A DNA stretch of 64,000 nt from Octopus vulgaris (Eukaryota). Every line of letters starts with the position of its first letter. The stretch's first letter is position 1. The notes under the pieces are model-generated. The model searched no databases and was not told where the DNA came from. It worked only from the letters and a program-made list of their open reading frames with translations. The stretch covers positions 38,502,001-38,566,000 of the forward strand of contig OX597829.1 of assembly GCA_951406725.2 (NCBI GenBank). Reading direction: 5' to 3'. The position numbers were made by a program, and so were the translations under genes. Shown in pieces: positions 36,992 through 49,959 of this stretch.

Positions 36992-37186
36992 ACTCTTTTA
37001 CTCTCTCTTTTACTCTTTTACTTGTTTCAGTAATTTGACTGCAGCCATGTTGGAGCACTGCCTTTAGTCGACCCCAGGACTTATTCTTTGAAATCAAGTA
37101 CTTATCTATCGGTCTCTTTTGGTGAACTGCTAAGTTACGGGGACGTAAACACACCCCCATCGGTTGTCAAGCGATGTTGGGGGGAC
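36992..37186 (-). mobile_element. SINE family A, 3' half
   Basis: From the tail to the position of the internal microsatellite. Confidence 0.85.
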
Positions 37187-37392
37187 CGCATGTGTACCGC
37201 TGGCAATTTTCTTCCTCCGTCTTCCCTTCCTTGGATCTTTCTTTTTCCTATATTTCTGACGGAGAGCTCCGCTCTAAACGCTAAATCCACCTTCTTTCTT
37301 TCCTTTCCTGAGCATCCAATAACACTATACTTGTTCCACGTCTTCACGTTGTTGTGTTTTCATGTTTGGATTAACTTATATATATATTGGAT
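37187..37392 (+). mobile_element. Penelope-like fragment with a degenerate hammerhead core
   Basis: ATTT-CTGACGG-A-GAGC(tcc)GCTC-TAAA-CGCT-AAAT at 37252-37286. Ends in (TA)n. Confidence 0.5.
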
Positions 37393-37412
37393 TAACTTAT
37401 ATATATATATAT

Positions 37413-37790
37413 AGGTGCAGGAGTGGCTGTGTGGTAAGTAGCTTGCTAACCAACCACATGGTTCCGGGTTCAGTCCTACTGCATGGCATCTTGGGCAAGT
37501 GTCTTCTGCTATAGCCCCGGGCCGACCAATGCCTTGTGAGTGGACTTGGTAGACGGAAACTGATAGAAACCTGTCGTATATATGTATACATATGTGTGTG
37601 TGTGTCTGTGTTTGTCCCCCTAGCATTGCTTGACAACTGATGCTGGTGTGTGTACGTCCCTGTCACTTAGCGGTTCGGCAAAAGAGACCGATAGAATAAG
37701 TACTGGGCTTACAAAGAATAAGTCCCCGGGGTCGATTTGCTCGACAAAAGGCGGTGCTCCAGCATGGCCGCAGTCAGATGACTGAAACGA
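37413..37790 (+). mobile_element. SINE family A, full length
   Basis: Near-consensus copy. Confidence 0.9.
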
Positions 37791-38336
37791 GGTCGAGATA
37801 AAAATGAAAATAAATAAAACAGGAAGTTGGCTGATGATATACTCATGAGTCTATGCATCCATCTTTTTGCATATCACTGACTACATTGTCTTAGTATGCC
37901 TTTTTATTAAGATTCCAGGGTGTATTTTAGGGAATTTAACTGCTGTTTCCAGCAGATCAAACAATGTGGAGCAGGAATTTCAAACATACACCCTCTTGTG
38001 CTAGACATGGACTTGAACCACAATAATATTTAGTCCTGTCTCCTAATTCATTTATATTCTAAAAAATTTTATCACTACTTTTTAATTTTTAGAATCTGTA
38101 AAATATATATCGCATGCATGTTCTAATAATTCATTCTGATTCCAATCTACTCCAGACCTGACAAACTTCCTGTTTTGAAGTGATTTAAATGGAAACCTTC
38201 CAACAAATTTCATGTTATGTTCCAAACATCAACATAATGATGAATTATTTTACTAAATTCTTCATTCTTTTCAAAATTAGTTGAAACAACAAACATAGTA
38301 ATAAAAGAATTAACATCTGTTCTAATTAAGTAAAGC

Positions 38337-38564
38337 TTAACCCTTTAGTATTCAGATTTCTTTGTCAAATGTATTAACTAATTAATTCACATCGTTTTGA
38401 ACTAATCAGGCATTATTTTGTAGCTTCAAGATTTCAAAGTGTGTTTGTATATTTTTAGAATGGTATTGTAAGGCAGGTGTGAAAAGTTAGATCAGGTCAA
38501 TTTTAATTAAGAACAGGGAGACTATTTGGGCCGGATATGGTCAGATTAAATGCTAAAGGGTTAA
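38337..38564 (+). mobile_element. piggyBac-like MITE family 2, intact
   Basis: TTAA-CCCTTTAGTATT ... AATGCTAAAGGG-TTAA. A MITE 1 copy ends at 38313. Confidence 0.85.
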
Positions 38565-39352
38565 AGAATCTTTTAACTCAACCAATAAAAAAGAAACTTA
38601 TGAATCCGTATACTAAACGATGTAACTTACTACCCCTTCACTTTGTCTATACATACTGAACCGGGCAAAAGATTTTCTTTTTATCATATTTACATTTGTC
38701 ATCCAAATGGATTCTAGTCATATGAATGATATTGAAGCTATTTGCAGCTGAAATAGTATAAGCTTTCTAGTAAGCGTTGGTCACACAAATTTTATGCATT
38801 CATTTAGACAATTTCTACTTCCATTCTCACACTCTAAGGACTCTTATATTAAAACAAAAGTGAATGCATTTTCCTCATACATCTCTGCACACAAACTTTG
38901 CTTACACCTCATGTTCTTTCTTTTACTTATAAAGCTATTATAATGTATATTGACTCCTCTATATATTGACTTTGACTTACATTATGAATGGGATTTTTAG
39001 GAATAATTCTGTAGTCCGTGAGATCTAGTTTATGCTTCAATGTGGGCTGCGAAGACAAATGAGTTGGACATCACTGAAATAGAGGCTCAGCTGTTGAATA
39101 CACTAACCTTTCTATTATCGTACTTAGTGCCTCTACATTAAACAGTCATGTTATTCTCTTTTCATAGTACAATGCATTCCTAAATACTCATTGTAGTCTC
39201 TGCACACTTTTAACACTTTTACATTGAGTCTAAGATTAATTTATAATCTAATATGCTGCCTAAATTTCAATTTTCTTTAATCAAAAATTTAAAAGGGTTA
39301 ATAAAGTAAGAACCCCCCCCCAAAAAAAAACTGACTTTTTATTATTAAGATA

Positions 39353-39605
39353 TCTCTCTTTTACTCTCTTTTACCTGTTTCAGTCATTTGACTGCGGCCA
39401 TACTGGAGCACCGCCTTTAATTGAGCAACTCGACCCCGGGTACTTATTCTATCAGTCTCTTTTGCCGAACCGCTAAGTGACGGGAACATAAACACACCAG
39501 CATCGGTTGTCAAGCGATGTTGGGGGGTCAAATACAGACATACAAACATACATGCACATACACACACACATATATATATTTATATATATATACAACGGGC
39601 TTCTT
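39353..39605 (-). mobile_element. SINE family A, 3' part
   Basis: From the tail through the microsatellite. Confidence 0.85.
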
Positions 39606-40016
39606 ATGTGGAACACAATCAAAATGTCTTACATAAAAATGCGTTTAATTTAAATATGAACATCTTAAAATGAGATTTTATGTAATAGAATCAGATACTA
39701 CCCCAGGAGGGAGTTGACATTATCATGAAACATTCATTTTTATATTGCATAGGTTGGATGGTTTGGCAGGAGCTGTCCAGGCTCAAATTGTCTGTTTTGA
39801 TATGATTTTTATGGCTGGATGCCTTTCCTAATACCAACCATTTTACAGAGTGTACTGGGTGCCTTTTTATGTGACGCTGTCACAGGTGCTTTTTACATGG
39901 CAGAGGCACAGGTACTTTTTATGTGGCACTGGCACAAAAGGTTAAAACGTTCCTTACAGTATTTCTACTCCTGAAATTTTAAAATATAAAACAGACCTGC
40001 TTCTACATTTGATACC

Positions 40017-40247
40017 TATTTCTTTACTACCCACAAGGGGCTAAACACAGAGGGGACAAACAAGGACAGACAAAAGGATTAAGTCGATTACATCGACCTC
40101 AGTGCGTAACAGGTACTTATTTAATCGACCCTGAAAGGATGAAAGGCAAAGTCGACTTCGGCGGCATTTGAACTCAGAACATAATGGCAGACGAAATACG
40201 GCTACGCATTTCGCCTGGTGTGCTAACATTTCTGCCAGCTCGCCGCC
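40017..40247 (-). mobile_element. SINE family D, full length
   Basis: TSD TTCTACATTTGATACC at 40001-40016 and 40248-40263. Confidence 0.9.
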
Positions 40248-40619
40248 TTCTACATTTGATACCATTATCAGTAAACAGTGCCAATAATAATTTTTTTTCT
40301 TTAGGACTTTCAATGATAATGAAGGGTCCTCGGTTGGTTTCTCACAATAAATAATTATGTGATCAATTGAACTACACCCTCATTACATTAATATGTGGAT
40401 GAGTATTCCTGACATGTGTAACTTCCAGGCAGAAACAGTATTATGTAGATTAGAAAACTGGGTTGTTTAATTGCAGCTATTATCTATCCATTAGGCTTCC
40501 ACACAGTTTCTGTTCATCCAATTCCACTCCCAAGCCTTGTTTGATTTGAGGCTCTGATAAATGATAGTTTTTGAAGATTCCACTGTCAACCTTTCTCCAT
40601 TCTGTATAGTTAGCTACAT

Positions 40620-41256
40620 GTTCTCTTTCTCCCTCTCTTTCCCCTCCCTCTCTCTACTTTTCTTTCTCCCCTATCTCTCTCTTTCTCCCCCCTCTCTGTC
40701 TTTCTCCCTCATCTCTCTGTCTTTCTCCCCCATCTCTGTCTTTCTCCCTCATCTCTGTCTTTCTCCCCATCTCTCTCTTTCTCCCTCCATCTTTCTCTCT
40801 TTCTCCCTCCATCGTTCTCTCTTTCTCCCTCCATCTTTCTCTCTTTCTCCCTCCATCTTTCTCTCTTTCTCCCTCCATCTTTCTCTCTTTCTCCCTTGTT
40901 TCTCTCTCTCTTTCTCCCTCATCTCTCTCTCTCTTTCTCCCCTGTGTGTCTCTCTCTCTTTCTCCCCTGTGTGTCTCTCTCTCTTTCTCCTCCATCTCTC
41001 TCTCTCTCTTTCTCCTCCATCCATCTCTCTCTCTCTTTCTCCTCCATCTCTCTCTCTCTCTTTCTCCTCCATCTCTCTCTCTCTCTTTCTCCTCCATCTC
41101 TCTCTCTCTCTTTCTCCTCCATCTCTCTCTCTCTCTTCTCCTCCATCTCTCTCTCTCTCTTTCTCCTCCATCTCTCTCTCCCTCTTTCCCTCTTTTTCTC
41201 TTTTCTCATTCACTCTCTCTCCCTCTCTCTTCTCTCATTTTCTCTTTCTCTCTCTC
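40620..41256. repeat. Polypyrimidine (CT)-rich minisatellite
   Basis: CTCTCTTTCTCC(C)TCCAT-type units over about 640 bp. Confidence 0.95.
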
Positions 41257-41524
41257 TAAATTTTGTATATAGAATTTGTGTTACTTTGAGACATCAAAAA
41301 CAAACTATCCTCTGAACTTCACACAACCATCCCATCTGATCTAGTCTGCTCCCAAATGGCTCACATAGAATCAAACTTTCCCATTCATCATTAGATTCAA
41401 TATGTGAGAAAAAATGGATAGCAGGAAGGGCTGGCATGTTATTCTTTTGATAGTTTTTCATTGAACTGCAGCCTTGTTGGAACAGTTCCTTCAAAGGTTG
41501 TAGTTGGTCATATCATTCCCAGTG

Positions 41525-41860
41525 GAAATGCATAGCTCAGTGGTTAGATCGTCAGGCTCACAATCATGAGGTAATGAGTTCGAATCCCGAACCGGGCTGC
41601 ATGTTGTGTTTGTGAACAAGACACTTTATTTCATGTTGCTCCAGTTCTCTCAGCCGTAGAAATGAATTGTGATGTCACTGTATCAGCCCTTGCCTTTCCC
41701 TTGGATAACATCAGTGGTGCGAAGAGGGGAATCTGGTATGCATGGATGACCACTGGTCTTCCATAAACAACCTTACCCATACTTGTACCTTGGGGGGAAC
41801 TTTCTAGGTGCAATCTCATGGTCATTCATGACTGAGGCAGGTCTTTACCTTTACTTTTAT
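41525..41860 (+). mobile_element. tRNA-derived CORE-like SINE with (TTTACC)n tail
   Basis: TAGCTCAGTGG A box, GAGTTCGAATCCC B box, GAACAAGACACTT CORE-like motif. Confidence 0.7.
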
Positions 41861-42269
41861 GATCCTCAATATTATTTCAATTTGTCTTTGCTTTTTTTAT
41901 CAATCTTCATTTGTTGAACCACTAGATTACATAGCACTAAGGGTTATAACATTGGTATTTAGACTGGTGTAGGCATAGGCACACATAATATGGCAAGCTT
42001 TTTCTCAGTTATCATCTGTCAAATTTCTCTTCTAAATCACTGGGTAGTCTGAGGCTGTGATGGAATGCCCTTGAACATAGTTGCCATGCAGTAGGATTGA
42101 ACCTTGAGCTACATAATTATGAAGTAAACTTAACTGTGCCTATAGATGCATAATCTTCTTAATCCTTTTTGCCCCTTGTGAAGCATAGGGCCTCAACAGT
42201 TGTTTTCCACTTTTTGCGGTCATTGGCTTATTTCTTGGCTGCTTTCCATTAGATGCATAATATTATTAT

Positions 42270-42985
42270 TAAAACTATAACATGTTATGTTCATTCGCAG
42301 GGTTGTTCTCTTTAGCTTTGATGGCAAGTCTCTTCAAAATTCATAAATCTCTCTTAGGGTTCTTGCTGAATACAAGTTGACACTTTCTTGCAGGTCAACA
42401 ATATGAGTCTCAATTCCAATATTCTCTAGCCACCTATGTAGTAGTTTGGGTGTTGTGACAAGTGCATAAACCACCGCAAGAACAATTTTCACCTTTATAT
42501 TTTTTTCACCTGGTCTTGATATATCTCAATGTTCTTAATTTCTTTTATTTCCACTCAACTAACATGTGGTGTGGCTGAATCTATGATCTTATTCTGTTTT
42601 TCTGTCCTCTACTGTCATACGTGGTATACTTGCTTCAATAAGGGCGGCGAGCTGGCAGAAACGCTAGCACGCCGGGTGAAATGCGTAGCCGTATTTCGTC
42701 TGCCGTTACATTCTGAGTTCAAATTCCACCGAGGTCGACTTTGCCTTTCATCCTTTCGGGGTCGATAAATTAAGTACCAGTTACACACTGGGGTCGATGT
42801 AATCGACTTAATCTGTTTGTCTGTCTTTGTTTGTCCTCTCTGTGTTTAGCCCTTTGTGGGTAGTAAAGAAATTGGTATACTTGCTTCAATATTATGGACA
42901 GTCTCTTTAAAGAAATCCTGTAATTATCATTCACCATCATAGCCTCTGGCTTCTGTTCATACCATTTTTCTATTGCTGTAATATT
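42270..42985 (-). mobile_element. R4/Dong-like (RLE) LINE remnant, interrupted by SINE D
   Basis: KVKIVLAVVYALVTTPKLLHRWLENIGIETHIVDLQESVNLYSARTLREIY resembles the R4/Dong C-terminus. Adjacent to (TAA)n. Confidence 0.6.
42641..42872 (+). mobile_element. SINE family D, full length
   Basis: TSD TGGTATACTTGCTTCAATA at 42622-42640 and 42873-42891. Confidence 0.9.
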
Positions 42986-44051
42986 AATAGTATTATTATT
43001 ATTATTATTATTAGAATATGTAGTAAATTGTCAGTTATTGCAGCTTTGGATGAAATGCCATGGGGTATTTCATCCAGTTCTTTACATTCTAAGTTCAAAT
43101 TGTGCTGTGATCAACTTTAGTCTTCATCCCTCAGGGGTTGATAAAATAAAGTGCAAGCCAAGTTTTGGAGTTAATTATATTTAACTATTTCCTTCCCCCC
43201 CAAAATGACTATTTGTATCTGTCTTTGGAATGATAATTGAACGAACAAAGGAAAATAGAAACAGTAACTCTTTTACTTTTGTTTATAGAGTGGAAATGAA
43301 GACATGGAACGGTGCATTGATTAATACACGTGCACACAGCTCTGTTTTTCACTGCAGAACATAAGTTACACTTTGTTTGGCTTTCGTTATTTACCATTGC
43401 TGTAAAATATAAATGGTGGAACAGATATCGTCAATATGATTTTAAATCAGATTAGCTTTATGGCGAGAGAGTAAAAAAGAAAAAAACATATTGCAAGAAG
43501 GAGAGAGAGAGAGAGAAAGAAAGAGTATGTGGTGAGACAGACAGCCTTATAGCTTGTAAGAGAGAGAGAGGGAGGGAGGGAGAGATAGTGGGAGAGCACA
43601 AGGAAAGATTAACTATTTGTTTGGTCTGTTGATGTAAAAGTAAATAGAAACACTGTACTATGCAAGTAATGCTAGCTGTAAGTGCATAAAAGCTAGTACT
43701 TTACTTTCTTTGTAGTATCTTGGCAGGGCACCAAACAGTTCAATAAAAATGCACTAGCAGAGTACACTATAATAAGTGTACTTATACTTGCTCTGCTGTT
43801 CAATGTTTAAGCAACATCAGTCACTTTGGTGAAGATCTGTTGTTATTGTTTTACTTAGTTAAGACCTTATTTGATTCCAACATATAAAACCATATAGTCT
43901 TTGAATGTGTGTGTGTGCATGTTTTGTGTTTTTTTCTATATGTATGCACATATTTTCTGCTTTTGCATGTATGTGTGTGCGTGCTTTTATTTGCAATGTT
44001 AAAACAATCTGATCTAAGAAACATAATCTTAATTCAAGCTGATAGTGTAAA

Positions 44052-44096
<45 letters not shown>

Positions 44097-44634
44097 GTGA
44101 CAGAGCAGTGGATGCCATCAAAGTGACACTGGGGTAAAATATACGAAGCCCAGTATACCCATCATGACTACCTGTCTGATAAGGGTACACTAGACACATG
44201 CATCACAACCATATGTGCGTGACATAGTGACCTCATATCAAGATAAACAGCACATGACCTTGCAGATGGGGCCCAGTTAGAATTTTCTTCTGGCCGAGTA
44301 ACCCATCCCGCTCAAAAGGTCCCTGAATAAGGATTAAGGATGTTGAATGAAACACCCATGTTTCCAGAGGTGAATTATTCAAGGCCCAAAGAATTCCTCT
44401 CAACACATGGCTATGATGCTCCCCCACTACTTCTGCTCGTGATCAGAGATGCACATATTGTCAGCCACTAAGGGACATGCTCAACTGGTTAAGGTCAAAC
44501 AACTGACAAGCAAGAGCAGAATATTTGCTGTAGCCCATCTTTTATATCAAGACAAAACAATGTCCATGATAACGCTTCCAATCAGTTAAGATCAGAAGCC
44601 ATGAGAGCCACTGCCTGGTACTGCATCAGGGCAT
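44097..44634. mobile_element. Unclassified probable interspersed repeat next to (TTA)n
   Basis: Abrupt block of higher GC content after a (TTA)n tract. Single copy in this window, so repeat status is an inference. Confidence 0.35.
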
Positions 44635-44639
44635 CAGGG

Positions 44640-45025
44640 CTCAGTCCCACTGTGCGCCATCTTGGACAGGTTCCTTCTACTATAGCCCTAGGCAAACTAA
44701 AGACTTGCAAGTGGATTTGATAGATGGACACTGAAAGAAGTTTGACACACATGTGTGTGTGTATGTATATACCTTTACATGTGTGTGCTTGTGTTTCATT
44801 GTCTTAATGTCACATTGTAACTGTAAATGAGTGTCAAAATTGCATAATGTCCTTCATTTTCCAGTCTTCCCTGAAAACATGTCTGGCCATGAGGAAATAT
44901 TAGCTTGTTTGGAAACAAGTGGGAAGGGTTAGTGATAGGGAGGACATCCAGCCATAGAAAATCTGTTTCAAATTTCACCTGACCCATGCGAGCTTGTGAA
45001 AGTGGATATTATAATGGTGATGATG
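44640..45025 (+). mobile_element. SINE family E (family A head plus family C-like tail)
   Basis: A-type head to CTGAAAGAAG, then microsatellite, then GGGTTAGTGATAGGGAGGACATCCAGCC...GGATATTATAATGGTGATG. Confidence 0.7.
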
Positions 45026-45631
45026 GTGACATAATGTAACCAGGAGTACATTACTCAAAGTTTGGGGTGGCACAGCTAAGCAGTGGTATGTATAAATACA
45101 AGGTTATATTAACAGTTGAAATATGCTTGGGGCATATTTGAACCCATAAGAAAGCCGTTCACTGTGTTTTGTCATGGAGAAAATTTCTCTTACTGTAGAC
45201 AAATGGTGTAAATACTCCCTAATCAGTTCATAACATCACCTATTCAAACTGTGGGATGCAAGCATTTCAAAGTGGTTATCTTCTCTTCATCCAAAAAAAA
45301 ACCAAAAAAAAAACCAGACAGGATGCTCTATAAGCTGATAAGAGAGGTTGTCCATCTTATGATATTCTCAAAGTGTCGTTTCATTTTTTTCAAAGATGAT
45401 TATGTCAATATAAGTAGTTTTGGCTACTATCTCTAGCCTGTCAAAGTACTGTTGTTGACTCAGTTTTTATGTAGTTCTTACAGTATTTATAACAACCATT
45501 AACTCTGCACATTAACATACGGTTAACTCATAGATTTAGTATTGTAATGTCTTTTCTACTGTGTAGCTATAGTAATTACATTGACAATTGGAATTATGAA
45601 AGGGCTGAAAATACAAGCCATGAAACAAACT

Positions 45632-46190
45632 GAAAATGTGTATGTACATATGCATTTCTGTGCATGTGTGTGTATGTGTATATAAAGTATATATAAAGTA
45701 TATACTTGATGCATAGATTTATATATGTATGCATGTATATACATGCGTGTATGTATGTGTGTGTGTGTTTACATATATATATGTGTATGTATGTGTTTCT
45801 ATATGTTTATATGTGTGTGTTTACATATATATGTGTGTTTCCATATATATGAAAATGTATGTACATATGCATTTCTGTGTATGTGTGTGTATGTATATAT
45901 AAAGTATATACTTGATGCATAGATTTATATATGTATGAATGTACATATGCATATACATGCCTGTATGTATGTGTGTGTTTACATATATGTGTATGGATGT
46001 GTTTCTATATGTTTATATGTGCATGTTTACATATATATGTGTGTACGTATATGTGTGTTTCTATATATATGTTTATATGTGTGTGTGTTTAAGTATATAT
46101 ATGTGTGTGTGTTTATATGTGCATGTGTGTGTGCTTTTATGTGCCTGCGTATGTATAATATATGTATGTATGTAGATAGATAGATAGATA
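45632..46190. repeat. Degenerate TA/TG array with a higher-order duplication of about 220 bp
   Basis: GAAAATG...TACTTGATGCATAGATTT block starts at 45632 and again at 45851. Confidence 0.8.
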
Positions 46191-46690
46191 TATACTCTTG
46201 TTAGAACACAGAAAATTAACTTCAATAGCAATCTGATTAATTAATAGTTTATGTGGTTAGAACACACTAGAAAAGTGGTTAGCTAATTGAAAAGCAATCA
46301 TAAAACAATTATTTATGCTGCTTTCTCGTGTTAACTTGCTTTACCTGAACTGTAATGAAAATTAATGTTCTTTTATGAAAGAATATAATTGAAAATGAGC
46401 AGTTACTCTGTTTCATTGCCTGTGTCTACATACATACACGCATGCATGTTCATGTGTGCACAGCACGAACACACGCACGCATGCACACACACACACACAC
46501 ATGTATATATGTGCGCATATATGAAACAGAAAATCAAATGGCTAAACTTCAGCTGCTTTTAGCAAATCTCTTTATTTATTTTTTTTTTTTAGCTAAAGCA
46601 TCCTTCACATGTTGATATCTCTCTGTGAGATGATGAAAATCTCCAAACTGGACCAGATTGAGAAGCAGCAACAAGCCCCCCCCCCCCCGT

Positions 46691-47080
46691 GGAGGTGCAA
46701 TGGCCCAGTGGTTAGGGCAGGAGACTCGCGGTTGGAGGATCGTGGTTTCGATTCCCAAACTGGGCGTTGTATGTGTTTATTGAGCAAAAACACCTAAAAG
46801 CTTCAGGAGGCTCCGGCAGGGGGGTGGGGTGGCGACCCCTGTTGTACGCTTTCGCTCCAACTTTCTCTCAATCTTTCTTCATGTTTCTTGTCCCCGACTT
46901 CCTACGCAACCGCTAAGCCTGGATGCGCATTCATCCATCCGTCGATGCTCTCGGTGTCGGGGGTTGACCTGCTCTCTCTTCTGCGGGTCTTACGAATAGC
47001 AAAGGAACACATTTTGGACTTCTCCCACTAACGGGATGAAGACCGCTTCGCTCAACAGCAGTAACAGCAGCAGCGACCCC
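46691..47080 (+). mobile_element. tRNA-derived SINE family F, tail type 1
   Basis: TGGCCCAGTGG A box, GGTTTCGATTCCC B box, (CAG)n-like tail. Confidence 0.8.
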
Positions 47081-47374
47081 TAAGCTGTTTATAATTATCC
47101 ATTGTACATTCTAAGTTAGATACACTTTGCTTAAATATGCTTGATTCTGTTATGTTCTTGTGAGTCTTATAGTCATATGCTCATGTACACACACACACAC
47201 ACACACATACAAACACACACACACACTGTTCAATTTGGATTGGTAATATTGTTTCTTGCTTGTGTGTATATCCATGCACTGTGGCTGTGATTATTTAACC
47301 CCAGATCAGCTCCTGTCATAAATCTGTGATCGAAGATATTTCAACCATGACTATCCACATTTATATATATATAT

Positions 47375-47682
47375 GGAGGCACAATGGCCCAGTGGTTAGG
47401 ACAGCAGACTCGCGGTCTTAGGATCGCAGTTTCGATTCCCAGACCGGGCGTTATGAGTATTTATTGAGCGAAAACACCTAAAGCTCCACAAGGCTCCGGC
47501 AGAGGGTGGTGGCGATCCCTGCTGTACTCTTTCGCCACAACTTTCTCTCACTCTTTCTTCTGTTGGCCTGCTCGCTTAGCCAGCGGGGTGGCATCATTTG
47601 AAGGCTAAAACAATGCGAAGCGCTTTGTGACCAGCGATGTGTAGCAACATCTGATGGCCTGGTCGGTCACAGTGATCACGGT

Positions 47683-47685
<3 letters not shown>
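47375..47685 (+). mobile_element. tRNA-derived SINE family F, tail type 2
   Basis: Same head of about 190 bp as 46691, with an unrelated 3' part ending GTGATCACGGTGA. Confidence 0.8.
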
Positions 47686-47720
<35 letters not shown>

Positions 47721-47855
47721 ATCAGTAGTTAAGAAGTTTACTTTGCAACTGCATGCCTTTAGGTTCAGTCCCACTATGCAGCATCTTAGTCTCAAGCCAA
47801 CCAATTCCTTGAGAGTTAATTTAATAGATGGAACATGTGAAAACCTATTGTTTCA

Positions 47856-48222
47856 TGGTTGTGTGGTAAGAAGCTTACTTCCCAACCACATGTTCCACTG
47901 CATGGCATCTTAGTCAAGTGTCTGCTTCTTTAGCCTTGGGTTGACCAAAGCCTTGTAAATGGATTTGGTAAATGGAAACTGAAAGAAGCCTGTCATATAT
48001 GTATGTGTGTGTGTGTCTTTGTGTCTGTATTTGTCCCCCAACACTGCTCAACAACTGGTGTCGGTGTGTTTACATCCCTGTAACTTAATGATTTGGCAAA
48101 AGAAATCAGTAGAATAAATACTAGACTTAGAAAAAAAAGGTACCGGGGTCGATTCATTTGACTAAAAGCTCTTCTAGACAAAGCCCCTGCATGGCTGTGG
48201 TCTAAATACTGAAACAAGAAAA
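47856..48222 (+). mobile_element. SINE family A, diverged
   Basis: Head-to-tail similarity. Further fragments at 47720-47845, 48240-48355 and 48785-48870. Confidence 0.75.
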
Positions 48223-48368
48223 AGATTTTTAAAAAAATGTGTGTCTGTGTGTCTCTTTGTGTTTGTCTCCATCTCACACTACCTGACAGTTAATGTTGGT
48301 TTGTTTACTTCCTTTAACTTAGCATTTCAGTAAAAGAGACTAATAGAATAAGTTTAAAATATGTACCA

Positions 48369-48782
48369 TACTCTCTTTACTCTTTTGCATGTTTCAATCA
48401 TTTGACTGCAGCCATGCTGGAGCACCACCTTTTAGTCGAGCAAATCAACCCCAGGACTTATTCTTTGTAAGCCTAGTACTTATTCTATCAGTCTCTTTTG
48501 CTGAACCGCTAAGTTATGGGGACGTGAACACACCAGCATCAGTTGTCAAGCGATGTTGGGGGGACAAACACACACACACACACATGTATATATGTAAATA
48601 TATACACATACATATATATGACAGGCTTCTTTCAGTTTCCGTCTACCAAATCCACTCACAAGGCTTTGGTCGGACCGAGGCTATAGTAGAAGATACTTGC
48701 TCAAGGTGCCACGAAGTGGGACTGAACCCGGAACCATGTGATTGGTAAGCAAGCTACTCACCACACAGCCACTCCTGCGCCT
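48369..48782 (-). mobile_element. SINE family A, full length
   Basis: Near-consensus reverse copy that splits an older plus-strand tail. Confidence 0.9.
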
Positions 48783-49260
48783 ATGATCAAATTATTTGAC
48801 TAAATCCTTCAATACAGTGCACCAGCATGGCCACAGTCCATTGACTGAAACAAGTAAAAGATAGAAGATAAGAGGTATCTGGCTCTACCTCATCCAGTCC
48901 ATCCTTAACCTTTAAAGTGGTCTTGTGAAATTTGAGGAAGAATTGGTTGCTATATCTAGCGAATCAAGCAACTACTTGGATGTCACCTTGTTGGTCCATA
49001 TTTGTTTGTTGTGTGTCAGATATATTTGGGGCAGGGGTGTGTATATGTGCTTGTTGCCTGTATGTCTTTTAAATGTGCAAGCTGCCTACACAAGCTATAA
49101 TGTATCTTCCTATTTATTCTCAAATCTTTGCTTAAGACTGCTTCAATGTAGAAGAAACGAATGAGCTGTTTGATTCAGCGTCAAAATTTATTGGATATGG
49201 GAAGAAATTCCACATAATGTGCCTTCATATAGCACATGTTATCTGCTAATGGTGCTAGTA

Positions 49261-49325
<65 letters not shown>

Positions 49326-49959
49326 ATACATGCATATGTTCATAGCAAGATTTGCATTTTGTGTGCATGTGTGTGATATTCAGAGCTTGTCGCATATTGC
49401 ATGCATGTATGGCAGTCTTTGACACATTCAGAACTAATAATACAAACAAACATGAACACAACTGTTTCTATGCATGTGTGTGTGTGTGTTTGAGTTTGTC
49501 TCCCTCTCTGTGTTTGTGAGACATACTCAATTCACGCACACGCGTGCACAGACATAAATCCAGTATGCGTGACTGTTGTGTTCGCATGTATGTGTGTGAG
49601 TCTGTAGCTAATATGAAACTGTTAGCTCTCTTTTAGCAGTATTAAAGAAGAGAATGTTGCATTTCCTTCCATGTGACATCTTTATTGCCTCATTTTAGAA
49701 TTCCATCTCTTTGATGTTTCAGGTTCATTTCTTTCATTAGTTCTATCTATGTTAGTCTTTTTTTTTTTTTTTTGGTCATTTTCATTTCACACCACCAATC
49801 CATTGATAAAAAAGCTCTTTCCAAAAAAAAACAAATGAAAAACTCAAGAAAAAAATCTTAGTCAAGTCTGTGACAACACTGTTTAATGTAGAGAACAAAA
49901 AATAAATTAATCAATGCTGACTCCCACTCTACCTTCCACTCTTGCAATAAGGCGAGGCA

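Noticed and set aside
43430-43900. Promoter-like GA-rich unique region
   Set aside because: No transcript or motif evidence beyond composition.
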